Shown: piece after piece, positions 36,796 to 46,496 of the stretch | How positions within the stretch are numbered: position 1 is the stretch's first letter | How the letters are laid out: every line of letters begins with the position of its first letter | DNA from: a virus | Taxonomy: Duplodnaviria; Caudoviricetes | DNA: 57,453 nt | Strand: one strand, 5' to 3' | Virus record (IMG/VR): IMGVR_UViG_3300043409_000487 | Coordinates: 1-57,453 of that record | The notes under the pieces: generated by a model | Told to the model about the DNA's origin: nothing | What the model saw: the letters and a program-made list of their open reading frames with translations, nothing else | Databases searched by the model: none | Program-made: the position numbers and the translations under genes

Positions 36796-37332
36796 ATGAC
36801 GACAGAAGACAACGTAACACCGAAACCAATCAACGGTACGAAGATGACGCCTGAGAACAAGAGGCTATATTGCCAACGGTTGGCAGAAACTGGGATGCGC
36901 ACTGTGGCTTGTGGCTTTATTGGTGTGCGTCAAAACACAGTCATGAACCACATTGCAGCAGACCCTGACTTCGCACAGGCTGTTGAGGATGCTATGGCAT
37001 GCTTCCGTGATAAGTTGGAAGCTGAGGCTATTCGACGTGCTTACGGTGGGCATGAGAAGTTGGTGTTGTTCAAGGGTGAACTTATCGTTGACCCACGCAA
37101 GCCAATGGACGACGAGGGCAATCCAAACTATCTCACTGAGAAGGTATTCAGCGACAGGTTAATGGAACTTGTGCTGAAACGCCACATCCCAGAGTACAGA
37201 GAACGCTCTACGATTGACGCAAACATTAGCGGTGGGGTTTTGGTTATTCCGTCCACTGCAGCGTCTCCTGCAAGCTGGGAAGAGGAACATTTTGGTGAAC
37301 GTGAGTTGCCTACTGAACATGAGGACGAGTGA
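36796..37332 (+). CDS. terS: Terminase small subunit
   Basis: HTH-like N-terminus, DPDFAQA, LEAEAIRRA and SDRLMELVLK; precedes terL. Confidence 0.8.
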   Translation: MTTEDNVTPKPINGTKMTPENKRLYCQRLAETGMRTVACGFIGVRQNTVMNHIAADPDFAQAVEDAMACFRDKLEAEAIRRAYGGHEKLVLFKGELIVDPRKPMDDEGNPNYLTEKVFSDRLMELVLKRHIPEYRERSTIDANISGGVLVIPSTAASPASWEEEHFGERELPTEHEDE

Positions 37333-38873
37333 TGCAGGGTGCACGCATTGAATGGGTTGAAGAGGAATCTGGCTTAGTTGCATACTATGTCAACGAAGGT
37401 TCACGCATTCGTGCTGTCTGGGCACCACAAAAAGGTTCGCAGGAAGCGTTCCTCACATGCCCTATAGGTGAGGCTCTGTATGAAGGGACACGTGGTCCAG
37501 GAAAAACTGACACGCTACTGATGGACTTCGCACAGCACGTTGGCACTGGCTTCGGTGCAGAGTGGCGTGGTATTCTGTTCCGTAAAACATACCCAGAACT
37601 ACAGGACGTTATCGACAAGTCCAAGAAGTGGTTCCCACTCATCTTCAAAGGCGCATTCTTCAACGAAGCCAAGACCTTCTGGGAATTCAAGGACGGTGAG
37701 AAGCTGTTCTTCAGACAGTTTGCCAAGCCCAGTGACTATTGGTCGTATCACGGTCACGCATACCCTTGGATAGGCTGGGAGGAATTAACAACTTGGGCTG
37801 ATGACAAGTGCTACAAGTCGATGTTCTCCTGCTCTCGTTCCACTCGCAAGGGCATTCCAATCAAGATTCGTGCTACAACTAACCCGTATGGGGTTGGGCA
37901 TAACTGGGTGAAGAACCGCTGGCGTCTGCCAGTACCACCCAAACACATCATTGGTAAGATAATCGCAGACTCACGTGACCAAGACGGACATCTGGAACCA
38001 CCAAGAGTTGCAGTACATGGACACTTGCGTGAGAATCGCATACTATTGAATGCTGACCCCACTTACATCAGTCGTATTCGTGCAGCAGCCCGTAACCCAG
38101 CCGAACGTGAAGCGTGGTTGAATGGTTCTTGGGACATTGTGGCTGGTGGTATGTTCGATGACGTCTGGTACGAAGTACGCAACAAGGTTGTTGTACCAAA
38201 ATTCGTTGTGCCTGAGTCTTGGACAATTGACCGTTCGTTCGACTGGGGCAGCAGTAAGCCGTTCTCAGTGGGTTGGTGGGCAGAGTCAGACGGCACTGAC
38301 CTCAAATTCCCAGACGGTCGTGTGATGTCAACCGTCCGTGGAGACCTGTTCAGGATACACGAGTGGTACGGCTGGAGCGGTTCGCCCAACGAAGGTTTGC
38401 GCATGCTTGCCAAGGACGTTGCACGTGGTATTGTGGAGCGTGAACTACAGTGGGGTATCCATGACAGGGTAGTTCCTGGAGTAGCTGACACCAGTATCTT
38501 CGATGAGGAGAACGGTAACTCAATCGCAGAAGACATGGCTCAGGATGTCAGAATAGATGGTAAGATGTATGATGGCGTCTTGTGGGAACGTGCGGACAAG
38601 TCTCCTGGAAGTAGGAAGCAAGGTTGGGAACAAATACGTAAGTACCTTGCCAGCGTCCAACGCCCTGCAGGAAGTACCCGTGAACACGCAGGGCTGTTCA
38701 TATGCAACAACTGTGAGCAGTGGACTCGAACTGTGCCTTCCTTACCACGTTCCGACAAAGACTTGGATGACGTTGACACAGAAGCAGAAGACCATATTGG
38801 AGACGAAACACGTTACCGTGTCCGTCAAGAACGTAGAGTATCAAGAGTCAGTAAGTCAACTGGCTTGTACTAA
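37332..38873 (+). CDS. terL: Terminase large subunit
   Basis: GTRGPGKT, WEELT, TTNP.G.GH.W, DWG and EDHIGDETRY motifs. Confidence 0.95.
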   Translation: MQGARIEWVEEESGLVAYYVNEGSRIRAVWAPQKGSQEAFLTCPIGEALYEGTRGPGKTDTLLMDFAQHVGTGFGAEWRGILFRKTYPELQDVIDKSKKWFPLIFKGAFFNEAKTFWEFKDGEKLFFRQFAKPSDYWSYHGHAYPWIGWEELTTWADDKCYKSMFSCSRSTRKGIPIKIRATTNPYGVGHNWVKNRWRLPVPPKHIIGKIIADSRDQDGHLEPPRVAVHGHLRENRILLNADPTYISRIRAAARNPAEREAWLNGSWDIVAGGMFDDVWYEVRNKVVVPKFVVPESWTIDRSFDWGSSKPFSVGWWAESDGTDLKFPDGRVMSTVRGDLFRIHEWYGWSGSPNEGLRMLAKDVARGIVERELQWGIHDRVVPGVADTSIFDEENGNSIAEDMAQDVRIDGKMYDGVLWERADKSPGSRKQGWEQIRKYLASVQRPAGSTREHAGLFICNNCEQWTRTVPSLPRSDKDLDDVDTEAEDHIGDETRYRVRQERRVSRVSKSTGLY

Positions 38874-38885
38874 GGAGAATCAGAC

Positions 38886-40304
38886 ATGCCAGTAAACAGT
38901 AAACACCCTTCGTATGACAGATACGCACCAGACTGGAAACAGCTGAAGGACACCTATGGTGGTGAACGTGTTGTCAAAGAAGCAGCGCAGGAATATCTTC
39001 CACCAACAGCAGGTATGCGTGAAGACGGTATGGAGGCAGGTGCTGCTGGTGCTGCAGCATACAGCGCATACAAGACTCGTGCTGTGTTCCACGACTTTGT
39101 TCGACAAGCAGTTGAGGGCATGGTTGGCATTATGCACCGTGAACCTGCACACATTGAACTGCCAGCACAGTTGGAGTCATTGCGAGACTCAGCCACACCC
39201 TCTGGTGATTCTCTCCAAGGACTGTTGCGCAAGATTAATGAACAGCAGTTACTGCTTGGGCGTGTCGGTATCTTGGGTGAAGTACCTTCTGGCGTGACCG
39301 TGGACAAGGCAGTGCCCAAGATTCTGACATACACCGCTGACAACATCATCAACTGGGATACTGGGTTGGTCGTGCTTGACGAATCAGGCAGTGTTCGACT
39401 GGACAACTTCGAGTGGAAGCAGGAAACTCGCCACTTAGTGCTGATGTCTGGAACAGTAGCCCAACAGGTGGTTGGAACTGAGTTGGCTCCCAAGGCTGTA
39501 TACACAGTTGCTGTGGTAAAGAACAATGGCGACATTGCAGGTGCTGAGGTAGTACAGCCTCAGATAGGTTCTAACTTCCTCGAAGAAATTCCGTTCGTCT
39601 TCATCAACTCTGCGGACACGAACCCAGAACCAGACCAACCACCCCTGCTGGGCTTGTCGAACTTAGCCTTGGCAATCTACCGTGGTGAGGCTGACTATCG
39701 CCAGACCTTGTTTATGCAAGGTCAGGAGACGCTGGTCATTACCAACACCCGTGAATCTAAGGACGGTACAAGACGTGTTGGGGCTGGTGCAGTGCTGGAG
39801 TTACCCAAGGATTCAGATGCTAAGTTCATCGGTGTGAACTCCAGTGGCTTGTCAGAGCAACGTATGGCACTTGAAAACGACAAACGCCATGCCTCCACCA
39901 TGTCTAGCCAATTGGTCGATACTGGTGATTCAGGAACCTCTCAACAATCTGGGGAAGCACTAAAGACCCGTGTTGCTGCGCAAACAGCCAACCTAACTCA
40001 GATAGCGCAGACAGGTGCAGCTGCCTTACAAGATATGCTTAGAAAGTTAGCGGTGTGGGTTGGTGCAAATCCTGAAGAGGTTATTGTTGAAGCCAACACA
40101 GACTTTGCTTCGGAAACATTAGTTGGTCAAGAGTTGTTGGCGTTTATGCAGGCCAAACAGATGGGTGCTCCTCTCAGTATCCCTTCGATCCACAGGTTGT
40201 TGATGAAGCGTGACTTGACCACACTGACCTATGAGGAAGAATTGGCAGAGATTGAGGCTGAGGCTCCTCTTGTATCGAACACACCAGACAGCACACAACC
40301 ATGA
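38886..40304 (+). CDS. Portal protein (DUF4055-like)
   Basis: Follows terL; HPSY..W, YLP, Y..Y..RA and PPLL.L motifs. Confidence 0.85.
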   Translation: MPVNSKHPSYDRYAPDWKQLKDTYGGERVVKEAAQEYLPPTAGMREDGMEAGAAGAAAYSAYKTRAVFHDFVRQAVEGMVGIMHREPAHIELPAQLESLRDSATPSGDSLQGLLRKINEQQLLLGRVGILGEVPSGVTVDKAVPKILTYTADNIINWDTGLVVLDESGSVRLDNFEWKQETRHLVLMSGTVAQQVVGTELAPKAVYTVAVVKNNGDIAGAEVVQPQIGSNFLEEIPFVFINSADTNPEPDQPPLLGLSNLALAIYRGEADYRQTLFMQGQETLVITNTRESKDGTRRVGAGAVLELPKDSDAKFIGVNSSGLSEQRMALENDKRHASTMSSQLVDTGDSGTSQQSGEALKTRVAAQTANLTQIAQTGAAALQDMLRKLAVWVGANPEEVIVEANTDFASETLVGQELLAFMQAKQMGAPLSIPSIHRLLMKRDLTTLTYEEELAEIEAEAPLVSNTPDSTQP

Positions 40305-40474
40305 GCACAACCATGAACATAACCGTAAAGGAAGGCTCTAAGGAATGGGTGGAGTTGGAGAGTAAGATTGAATCCCACTTCTCGGAGATAGAACAGGCAC
40401 TGACTGACAAGAAGTCCACAGAGGGTTTTTCTCTCATCGGAACTAAGGTAGTGAGTACAGGGGAGGATGACTGA
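40301..40474 (+). CDS. 57-aa acidic ORF coupled between portal and MuF (not in the ORF track)
   Basis: MSTTMNITVKEGSKEWVELESK...GEDD; ATGA overlap with portal and TGATG overlap with MuF. Confidence 0.55.
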   Translation: MSTTMNITVKEGSKEWVELESKIESHFSEIEQALTDKKSTEGFSLIGTKVVSTGEDD

Positions 40475-42363
40475 TGCCAATCACCATATCCCCACTCACC
40501 CCTGTGCGGTTTGACCTGAAACAAAAGGCAGAGGAAATTGTGTCTCTGTACACTGAGCTCGCGAGTCAGATAGAATCCCTTGGGTTTGATGATGTGCTCG
40601 TCTCCTTCAACAACCCCCTTGGGGTTGGTACGAATGATGTGTTTGTTAGAATAGTGGCGTCTAATTCCACAGACAAAGAGAACAAGAATCTAACTGTAAG
40701 GAGAATATTAACAATAGACGGCAATGAACCTGAGAAGTCTTATCTAAAGAATTCCTTGTTGGAAATTGGCTCTGGTTCTAAGAACGCTGGGTTGTCAAAC
40801 TTAGTGAACGAGTACGGAGTGAAGGCACTTCACAAGATTGGCGGTACTGCAATTAAGGTAGTTGCAAACATCACAGACGGTGCATACGTGTGGCTCCGCA
40901 AGGGATATGTCCCAGATGGCAACCCTGTTGAGGTATTGTCCAACATCCTGAGGCAAAATAAAAATTGCCCAAAGAACTTACTGGCTAGGGTAGATAGATT
41001 GAACCCTTCTGAATTCAAGGAATTCGTAACCTCTGAAGAGTTTAGAGAGTACAAAGAATGGCTTTACAGAACTGACTGGAAGGGTAGTCTTGATATAACA
41101 GACGAACGCTCCGTAAAATTATTGACGAAGAAGTCATTCAAGGAACTTGGCATTGTAAAAGAGTCAGTTGTTGACACAGATGCTAACATTACTCAAAGTG
41201 CTAATGACAAGTACCTCGACGCAATGATTCGACACCAAATAGGGTTGAGTCGTTTGTCTGCTTCTATGAAGCAACGAATCATAGAACTGCTTGACGCAAC
41301 AGAACCAAAACTGCGTGAAGAGATTGAGAAACGCATGTCGCAGTTGGTTGGTCGTTCGTTTGGTGACACCATAACAGAACGCAGGTTACAGGCTCTCAAG
41401 GAATTGATTGAAAGCACCCGTGGTAAGGCATTTGACTCTGCGATTGCTGGCTTGAACGATGAGTTGAAAGACTTGACCGTTGCTGAAGCACAGTTTGTCG
41501 CAGGTACTGCTAACTCAGTGATGCCTGTGGTGCTGGAGACGGTTGTCCCAGCTACACCACTGCTGCACGCCTTGGTGTCCACGAACCCGTTTGAAGGTAG
41601 GGTGTTGAAGGAATGGGCTGCTGGGCTAAAGGCTGCTGACTCTGACCGAATACTACAAACAATTCGTATTGCCATGGTTCAGGGCAGCACACCACAACAA
41701 ACAGCAAGGGCAGTGTTTGGAACAATCTCCTTGGGCAAGAAGGATGCTGCTGTGGAGATGACCCGCAAGAACGTTGAGTCCGTTGTGCGAACAGCTGTGA
41801 ACCACTTCTCCAACCAAGCAAAGCAATTGACCTATGCAGCCAACCCAGACCTATATGAGTGGGAGTTGTTCGTTGCTACTTTGGATTCACGTACTACGCT
41901 CACTTGCATGGCTGAAGACGGTAAGAAGTACAGACGTGGGGAAGGTAGAATACCACCACTGCACTTCGCTTGCCGTTCTTTGCGAGTTGCCATACTAAGC
42001 AATGGATTGCCTATTGGCATGCGCCCAATGAAGCCGTATACTGAACGTATGTTGCTCGATGAATACAATGCTAAGTACGGCACTGAAGCCAAGTCCCGTG
42101 ATTCACTGCCCAAGGGACACAAGGGTAAGTTCGACGACTATGCAGGTTCGAGGGTTCGTGAACTAATTGGCAGAACACCTGCCTCAACGAACTACGGAGA
42201 GTTCCTGCAGCGTCAAACAGAGTCGTTCCAACGTGAGGTGTTGGGTAGTACAAGGTATGAACTGTGGAAGACGGGCAAAGTCTCGTTGGACAAATTCACA
42301 GACGGTTCTGGCAGAATTATCAAGGTTGCAGACCTGAAACAAATATATGATTTAGTAAACTGA
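40474..42363 (+). CDS. MuF / SPP1 gp7-like minor head protein with ~240-aa N-terminal extension (GNAT-like)
   Basis: C-terminal part has VRTAVNH, ATLDSRTTLTC and PPLHFACRS. The N-extension has SKNAGLS...ANITDGAYVWLRKGY. Confidence 0.85.
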   Translation: MPITISPLTPVRFDLKQKAEEIVSLYTELASQIESLGFDDVLVSFNNPLGVGTNDVFVRIVASNSTDKENKNLTVRRILTIDGNEPEKSYLKNSLLEIGSGSKNAGLSNLVNEYGVKALHKIGGTAIKVVANITDGAYVWLRKGYVPDGNPVEVLSNILRQNKNCPKNLLARVDRLNPSEFKEFVTSEEFREYKEWLYRTDWKGSLDITDERSVKLLTKKSFKELGIVKESVVDTDANITQSANDKYLDAMIRHQIGLSRLSASMKQRIIELLDATEPKLREEIEKRMSQLVGRSFGDTITERRLQALKELIESTRGKAFDSAIAGLNDELKDLTVAEAQFVAGTANSVMPVVLETVVPATPLLHALVSTNPFEGRVLKEWAAGLKAADSDRILQTIRIAMVQGSTPQQTARAVFGTISLGKKDAAVEMTRKNVESVVRTAVNHFSNQAKQLTYAANPDLYEWELFVATLDSRTTLTCMAEDGKKYRRGEGRIPPLHFACRSLRVAILSNGLPIGMRPMKPYTERMLLDEYNAKYGTEAKSRDSLPKGHKGKFDDYAGSRVRELIGRTPASTNYGEFLQRQTESFQREVLGSTRYELWKTGKVSLDKFTDGSGRIIKVADLKQIYDLVN

Positions 42364-42421
42364 CTAAAGCAGTAAAATATGATTGTCACAATGTGTGACT
42401 AACTTTCTATGGAGAAAAGAC

Positions 42422-43234
42422 ATGAAGTTGAAAAGCAAATACGCAACGAAGGCAGAAATTCCAGCAGGGTTTGAAAGCCTATTTGAAGAACAAGATGGTG
42501 AATTCGTACTCACTGGTATTGAAGGCGTTAAGACTGATGCTGACATTGCACGTTTGCAAGAGTCACTTCGCAAGGAACGCAGTGACCACAAAGAAACTAA
42601 GGAACGCTTGGCAAAGTTTGCCAATGTTGACGCTGAAAAGATTCACGATGACTTGGACGAATTGGAAGAGTTACGTGCGTTGAAGGACGCAGGTGGTGAA
42701 GGCAAGGGTGTTGACCAAGCCAAGATTGATGAATTGGTGCAAGCCCAAGTGAAGCGTAAATTGGCTCCAGTTGAGCGTGAACGTGACCAAGCCAAGTCGA
42801 AACTTGAAGAACTGACCAAGTCTAACGAACAATTGCAACAAACAATCACCACAACCAAAGTGCATGATGCGCTTCGTGCTGCAGCAACCAAGGCTGGTGT
42901 TACCCCAACCGCTGTAGAAGACATCCTTTTGCTGGGTGAACGTACATTTGAAGTGGCAGCAGACGGTGCTATCGTTACCAAAGATGGCTTGCCTGCAGAA
43001 ACATGGCTCTCTGACCAAAAGAACAACCGTCCTCATTGGTGGGCTGTTAGCCAAGGTGCTGGTGCACGTGGTAACGAAGGTCAGGGTGCTGGTGCAAACC
43101 CTTGGGCTAAAGACAACTGGAACTTAACTAAGCAAGGCGAATATGTGCGTCAACACGGTGTTGAAAAGGCTAAGGCTGCAGCACAATCCGCAGGTGTGGA
43201 ATTAGGTTCTACTCAACCCATGGCACAAAAGTAA
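42422..43234 (+). CDS. Head scaffolding protein
   Basis: Charged coiled coil, G.GA.G...NPW tail; precedes the capsid gene. Confidence 0.8.
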   Translation: MKLKSKYATKAEIPAGFESLFEEQDGEFVLTGIEGVKTDADIARLQESLRKERSDHKETKERLAKFANVDAEKIHDDLDELEELRALKDAGGEGKGVDQAKIDELVQAQVKRKLAPVERERDQAKSKLEELTKSNEQLQQTITTTKVHDALRAAATKAGVTPTAVEDILLLGERTFEVAADGAIVTKDGLPAETWLSDQKNNRPHWWAVSQGAGARGNEGQGAGANPWAKDNWNLTKQGEYVRQHGVEKAKAAAQSAGVELGSTQPMAQK

Positions 43235-43367
43235 GGTATAATGCCTCGCTTTGTTGTAAAATAGACAACTGGAGGATGAACCTATGGTTGTCACCCAAGC
43301 AAGAACTCGCCATGGGGCAGGGTATCAAAATTCTTTGAACTTATGCCAACGATAGGAGAATATCATC

Positions 43368-44420
43368 ATGGCGACTACTAAAATTGCAGACGTGATTGTT
43401 CCTGAGGTGTTTACACCTTATACCCAACAACTCACACAAGAAAAATCAGCGTTGATTCAGGCAGGTGTCTTGACACGTGACCCTTCAATGGACAGTAACT
43501 TGGCTGGTGGTGGCTTGACATTCAATGCCCCTTCATTCAATGACTTGGACAATGAAGATGAAAACGTGAGCACGGACAATGACGGCTCTAACTCAACACC
43601 TTCAAAAATCCAAACCAGTCTTGAAGTGGCAGTGCGTTTGAGCCGTAACAAGTCTTGGTCAAGCATGGACTTGGCGTCAGCCTTGGCTGGTGCTGACCCA
43701 ATGCAAGCGATTGCCTCACGTGTGTCCGAGTACTGGGCACGTCGCCTCCAAGCAGCGTATGTTGCTACGATGCAGGGTGTGTTTGCGGATAATGCTGCTG
43801 CTCCAACTGGTGCAGACAAGCATGCCCAAAACGACATGACCTTGAACGTGGCTGGTTCAGCGTTCAGTGCTGGTGTCACCAACTTTACTGCAGAAGCCTT
43901 CTTGGATGCAGCAGTAACAATGGGTGACAGCATGGAACAATTGACAGCAATCATGGTTCACTCTATCGTGTACAACCGTATGCAGAAGAACAACCTGATT
44001 GACTTCATTCCAGATGCTACTGGTCAGGTCAACATCCCAACTTTCTTAGGTCGTCGTGTGATTGTTGATGACGGTTTGCCCAACCCCGCAGGACGTGGTG
44101 CTGCCCAAACTTCAAGTGGTGTGTTCCACTCTTGGATTCTTGGTAGCAATGTTGCACGTTTTGGCTTAGGTCAGGCTAAAGTTCCAACGGAAGTTGAACG
44201 TAAGGCAGCTGCTGGTGACGGTGGTGGTCAAGACATTCTCCACAACCGTGTTGAGTGGGCGTTGCACCCTGTTGGTCATGCCTTCGTTGGTACGGCTGCA
44301 GCAGGTGGACCAAATAACACTGCGACAGCAGGTAACTTGGCTCATGCAGACAGCTGGCGTCGTGTCTATGGCGAACGTAAGATGATTCGTGTTGCACGTC
44401 TCATCACTCGTGAGTCTTGA
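43368..44420 (+). CDS. Major capsid protein
   Basis: T.IADVIVPEVF..Y, DPMQAIA and GRRVIVDD motifs; size and position. Confidence 0.9.
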   Translation: MATTKIADVIVPEVFTPYTQQLTQEKSALIQAGVLTRDPSMDSNLAGGGLTFNAPSFNDLDNEDENVSTDNDGSNSTPSKIQTSLEVAVRLSRNKSWSSMDLASALAGADPMQAIASRVSEYWARRLQAAYVATMQGVFADNAAAPTGADKHAQNDMTLNVAGSAFSAGVTNFTAEAFLDAAVTMGDSMEQLTAIMVHSIVYNRMQKNNLIDFIPDATGQVNIPTFLGRRVIVDDGLPNPAGRGAAQTSSGVFHSWILGSNVARFGLGQAKVPTEVERKAAAGDGGGQDILHNRVEWALHPVGHAFVGTAAAGGPNNTATAGNLAHADSWRRVYGERKMIRVARLITRES

Positions 44421-44431
44421 TAGACTGCCGT

Positions 44432-44460
44432 AAGCCCAGACTAACCCTCTGGGCTTCTTC
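44432..44460 (+). terminator. Hairpin after the major capsid gene
   Basis: AAGCCCAGA-N7-TCTGGGCTT. Confidence 0.45.
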
Positions 44461-44477
44461 CCAAGAACCTACTGGAG

Positions 44478-45071
44478 ATGAACATGACTAAAGTAGAAAA
44501 ACAAATTGTCGCAGCTTTGGGTTTGTTAGACCACAAAGACGACACACAATGGACAGATGATGGCTTGCCATTACTCGAAGTTGTGGCTAAGTTGGCAGAA
44601 CTGCCTGAAGTTACTCGTGAGCAAATCACCAAAGTGGCACCGAACTTGGTTCGTGAATTGGGTGACAAACCTGACGAAGGTGACAAACCTGACGAAGGTG
44701 ACAAACCTGACGAAGGTGAACTTACAGAACAGGAACAGCTGGAAGCTGTAATTGATGCAGCAACAAAGGCTGTTGATGCTGCTCGACAAGCCAAGGAAGA
44801 TGCAACCATTGCTCTTGAAAAGGCTGAAAAGGAACACACTGCATTGGTTGAAAAGCGTAACGCAGAGTTCCCTCCACTTTCTCAGGCTGAAGCAATTGCA
44901 CAGTTCCAAGCGTCACAACAAGCCCAACGGGAAGCACGTGCACAACACGTAAATGCTTTGCGGGAAGCAGGACTAAACCCGTCCGCAGTTGGTGCTGGGG
45001 TATCTGCTCTTGACCAGTCAATGGCACGTAAGCCTACATTAGGTACACAACGCCCACCTGCTCGAGTATGA
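44478..45071 (+). CDS. Hypothetical head-associated protein with 3x GDKPDE repeat
   Basis: LDH.DD..WT.DG.P motif; 18-bp tandem repeat at 44661-44714. Confidence 0.7.
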   Translation: MNMTKVEKQIVAALGLLDHKDDTQWTDDGLPLLEVVAKLAELPEVTREQITKVAPNLVRELGDKPDEGDKPDEGDKPDEGELTEQEQLEAVIDAATKAVDAARQAKEDATIALEKAEKEHTALVEKRNAEFPPLSQAEAIAQFQASQQAQREARAQHVNALREAGLNPSAVGAGVSALDQSMARKPTLGTQRPPARV

Positions 45072-45075
45072 TATC

Positions 45076-45204
45076 ATGGCTAACTTAACCCACGCACAAA
45101 GAGTTGCTGCCTACCTACGCAGTCAGTCACGTAAACGTAGGGTTGAGCAGTCACGCTTGAAGCAACAGCAGGAAAAGGAGCAGTCTAATGGCACTGGTTC
45201 TTGA
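45076..45204 (+). CDS. 42-aa basic ORF (not in the ORF track)
   Basis: MANLTHAQRVAAYLRSQSRKRR... fills the gap in the operon. Confidence 0.4.
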   Translation: MANLTHAQRVAAYLRSQSRKRRVEQSRLKQQQEKEQSNGTGS

Positions 45205-45679
45205 AGATGGAACTGGGTTGGTGAATGCCAACTCATACACATCACTCTCTGCAGCCAATGACTACCTCACCCTCCGTGGGCGTCCTGTCGTAGAAGAAGT
45301 ACACCTGATTCAGGCTACTGACTACATCGACACCCGTTGGGGTGACCAGTTTGTTGGTGAACCGCTGAAAGATACACAAGCATTGGCGTTCCCACGAACT
45401 CAAGTGACAGGAATACCCAAACAACTAAAGATTGCAGCTGCTGAGTATGCCTCATTTGTTCAGAGTGGTGGTGTGTTGTTGGGTGTTGTGGAGTCTGGAA
45501 ACATCCCAGTCTCAGAGAAGTCAGAGAAAGTTGGTCCAATTACTGAGACAACTAAGTACGCAGTAGAAGCACAACAGTCCTCTGGGCTTGTCGCTTCAAC
45601 CGTATACCCCGTCATCCCAGCTGCAGACCCACACATTGAAAGACTTTTACGTGGGTTTGTGTCGAGGGTTCTGAGATGA
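45188..45679 (+). CDS. Head-tail adaptor
   Basis: EDGTG..NANSY, ATDYID and QAL.FPR motifs. Confidence 0.8.
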   Translation: MALVLEDGTGLVNANSYTSLSAANDYLTLRGRPVVEEVHLIQATDYIDTRWGDQFVGEPLKDTQALAFPRTQVTGIPKQLKIAAAEYASFVQSGGVLLGVVESGNIPVSEKSEKVGPITETTKYAVEAQQSSGLVASTVYPVIPAADPHIERLLRGFVSRVLR

Positions 45680-46065
45680 GTCACACAACACTAGCGAACA
45701 CAGCCTCTAGGCTAATAGAGAAACACGGCAGGAGCGTCGTTTTGGTGACTAAGGGGAGTGCTTCCCCTGACCCAACAAAACCGTGGAGAACGTCTGCTGC
45801 TGAAGTTGAATCTACAATTCGTGGTGTTATGGTTGACCCATCAGACGGTTCATTTGGCTACATAACTCCAGCTGAATCAGCCCAGCTGATTGCAAGGGGT
45901 AGTAAGGTGTTCTTGGTAGCAGCAAAGTCAATTGATGATACGTTACCACCAGAAGACCTTTTGCGTATAAAGGATGATGATAATTCCTCGTGGAGAATAT
46001 TGTCGGCAGAACTTTTACGTCCTGGAAATGTTAAGATTTTGTGGAAGTTGGAGGTGCAGCGATGA
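45676..46065 (+). CDS. Head closure / neck protein
   Basis: A.RLI.K.G and C-terminal LEVQR; synteny. Confidence 0.7.
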   Translation: MSHTTLANTASRLIEKHGRSVVLVTKGSASPDPTKPWRTSAAEVESTIRGVMVDPSDGSFGYITPAESAQLIARGSKVFLVAAKSIDDTLPPEDLLRIKDDDNSSWRILSAELLRPGNVKILWKLEVQR

Positions 46066-46487
46066 GCCTTACCAGAGAACTTGCACGTGATGAAATGCTC
46101 ACAATTTTACAGTCAAAAGTGGCTGCATCAGAGTATAATTCAATTTTGGTGCTTTACGATGACCAAGGTGGCTCTGTCCCAGATAATGGTGCTGATTCTT
46201 ACCTTAGAGTTACTGTTAAGCACAATTTAGCTGGACAATCCACCATGGGTGGTGAATGTGTACGTTGGAACCGCAAGGGCTTGGTGTTCGTGCAGGTGTT
46301 CACAAAAACTGGAAACGGATTGGTATTGTCAGATAAACTGACTAAAATATGCGTTGACGCATTCGAAGGTCAAACAACACCAAGTGGTGTTTGGTTTAGA
46401 AATGTACGGTCAAACGAAGTTGGCGCAAATGGGTCATGGTATCAGGTCAATGTCATTGCGGAGTTTGAATACGACGAATTGAAATAG
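46062..46487 (+). CDS. Tail terminator protein
   Basis: G.VFVQVF...G.G and WYQVNV..EF.YD motifs. Confidence 0.75.
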   Translation: MSLTRELARDEMLTILQSKVAASEYNSILVLYDDQGGSVPDNGADSYLRVTVKHNLAGQSTMGGECVRWNRKGLVFVQVFTKTGNGLVLSDKLTKICVDAFEGQTTPSGVWFRNVRSNEVGANGSWYQVNVIAEFEYDELK

Positions 46488-46496
46488 GAGAGTATC

